Shown: piece by piece, positions 31,751-33,000 of the stretch
Numbering within the stretch: the stretch's first letter is position 1
How the letters are laid out: each line of letters opens with the position of its first letter
NCBI GenBank assembly: GCA_011109175.1
Contig: RDEW01000004.1
Span: 2,098,444 to 2,131,443 of the forward strand
Direction of reading: 5' to 3'
Length of the DNA: 33,000 nucleotides
Source: Dicyema japonicum
Taxonomy: Eukaryota > Animalia > Dicyemida
Program-made: the position numbers and the translations under genes
Notes under the pieces: model-generated
Database searches by the model: none
Seen by the model: only the letters and a program-made list of their open reading frames with translations
Told to the model about the DNA's origin: nothing

Positions 31751-33000
31751 TATGCTGTGCTGGTTGCTCTAACCAGCACGATCCAGATGGATGTTCTAAT
31801 TATAAACGAAACTAAATTGAAGAAAAGACCATTTAAAATTGATGAATACGACTCATTAGATATTTTTTGGAAGACTGGTTCTTGTGCTGGAACAGGAACT
31901 TCAATTTACTACAAAACTTCTTTAAATACAATACTACCCACGATCAATGAAGAAAATCTTTGTGAACTAGCAAGCATTCAACTACAAACAACCATGGGAT
32001 GGATAACTATCGGAGGAATCTATTCTAAAAAACTACGAGAGTATCCATGGATTGTTGACATATTTATGGAAAACAATGAATATCCAATCCTTGTTGGGGA
32101 CATGAACGCTAAACATACTGAATATGGTTGTGTAACAACCAAACAAGATGGAAAATGCCTTGTAAAACGGATGAAGTCTGGAGAGTTAAAGATTTTAACG
32201 TCGATCGAAATTAATCACTTTGCACCGAGTAGTGGGGACAAGCTCGGAGTTTTTGTGATGCCTCAGAATCTGAGCAAAATTTGTGAGCACCCATATGTGG
32301 AGCAAGATATTGGAAGCGACCATCTTCCACAAACTTTGGAAATAAGGACGGGGCCTATATCTGCTGAAAGAACTTTTGTTGGCTACAATTTTAATAATGT
32401 CAACTGGGTTGATTTCGATTATTTTATACGGGTGAAACTGGGAAATGTCTGTGATCTATTGATCTTGGACTCCTCAGATATTGATTACTTGGATGACAAA
32501 ATTAGGACTTTGATATTGTGTTATTTGGACGAATATGGAAATAAAAAATTCCATATGCCGCATGGATGCTCATCAATGAGCTTAAAAGAAGATTCCCTTC
32601 ATCGAGAGAAAAAATCACTTGAAAGTAAACTGAAAAGATGTTGGAACATTCCCGACTCGGAAAAGCTAAAGGTGCCGCATGGATGCTCATCAATGAGCTT
32701 AAAAGAAGATTCCCTTCATCGAGAGAAAAAATCACTTGAAAGTAAACTGAAAAGATGTTGGAACATTCCCGACTCGGAAAAGCTAAAGGTTCAGATCAGC
32801 TTAGTGAAAAATGAATTAATGGAAATATCCAAACGAAAACAGGAAAATAAATGGATAAGAGAATGCTCAAAGATCAACCACAAGAATGCAGACTTTTGGA
32901 AAGTATTCGCGAGATTGAAATCCTCTGATGATAAATGTGATGAAATACACCTAAAATCATCTAATGGTTGTTGTATTTCAAAGGGGGGAATCCCAGAAAT
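31751..33000 (+). mobile_element. LINE ORF with apurinic-type endonuclease domain, open to the window edge
   Basis: Stop-free frame from 31751 (ATG at 31787): DVLIINETKL, ILVGDMNAKH, IGSDHLP and a pre-RT FWKVF motif. Missing from the ORF track, presumably because it has no stop in the window. Confidence 0.88.
32556..32789. repeat. 117-bp exact in-frame tandem duplication (39 aa)
   Basis: PHGCSSMSLKEDSLHREKKSLESKLKRCWNIPDSEKLKV occurs twice. Confidence 0.95.

Noticed and set aside
50-33000. Alternative genetic code as the explanation for fragmented ORFs
   Set aside because: Micro-intron removal restores full-length conserved proteins under the standard code, and all three stop codons occur in interrupted frames.

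Overview
AT-rich eukaryotic genomic DNA, not prokaryotic: no operons, CRISPR arrays or IS elements. The ORF track is fragmented because genes are split by ultra-short GT-AG introns, nearly all 21-27 nt. Splicing these by hand gives in-frame models for Arp5 (ACTR5), an HSD17B12-like 3-ketoacyl-CoA reductase, a PCBP-like triple-KH protein, a divergent FoxJ1-like forkhead factor, an NPC2/ML-domain protein and an orphan gene at the left edge. There is also a tRNA-Phe(GAA) and two weaker gene candidates. Roughly half of the window is decayed mobile DNA: RLE-type, RTE, CRE-like and APE-type non-LTR retrotransposons, pogo/Tigger and hAT DNA transposons, and two tRNA-derived SINE families. Three of the five single-N gaps directly separate duplicated sequence and look like assembly joins. 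Animal-type genes with intron-rich, ~24-nt intron architecture suggest a dicyemid or similarly reduced parasitic animal; this is inference, not proven. I found no convincing wholly new multi-gene system. The most interesting signals are the micro-intron/micro-exon splicing regime, the altered forkhead recognition helix and a SINE-LINE shared-tail partnership. All homology calls are from remembered motifs, not database searches.
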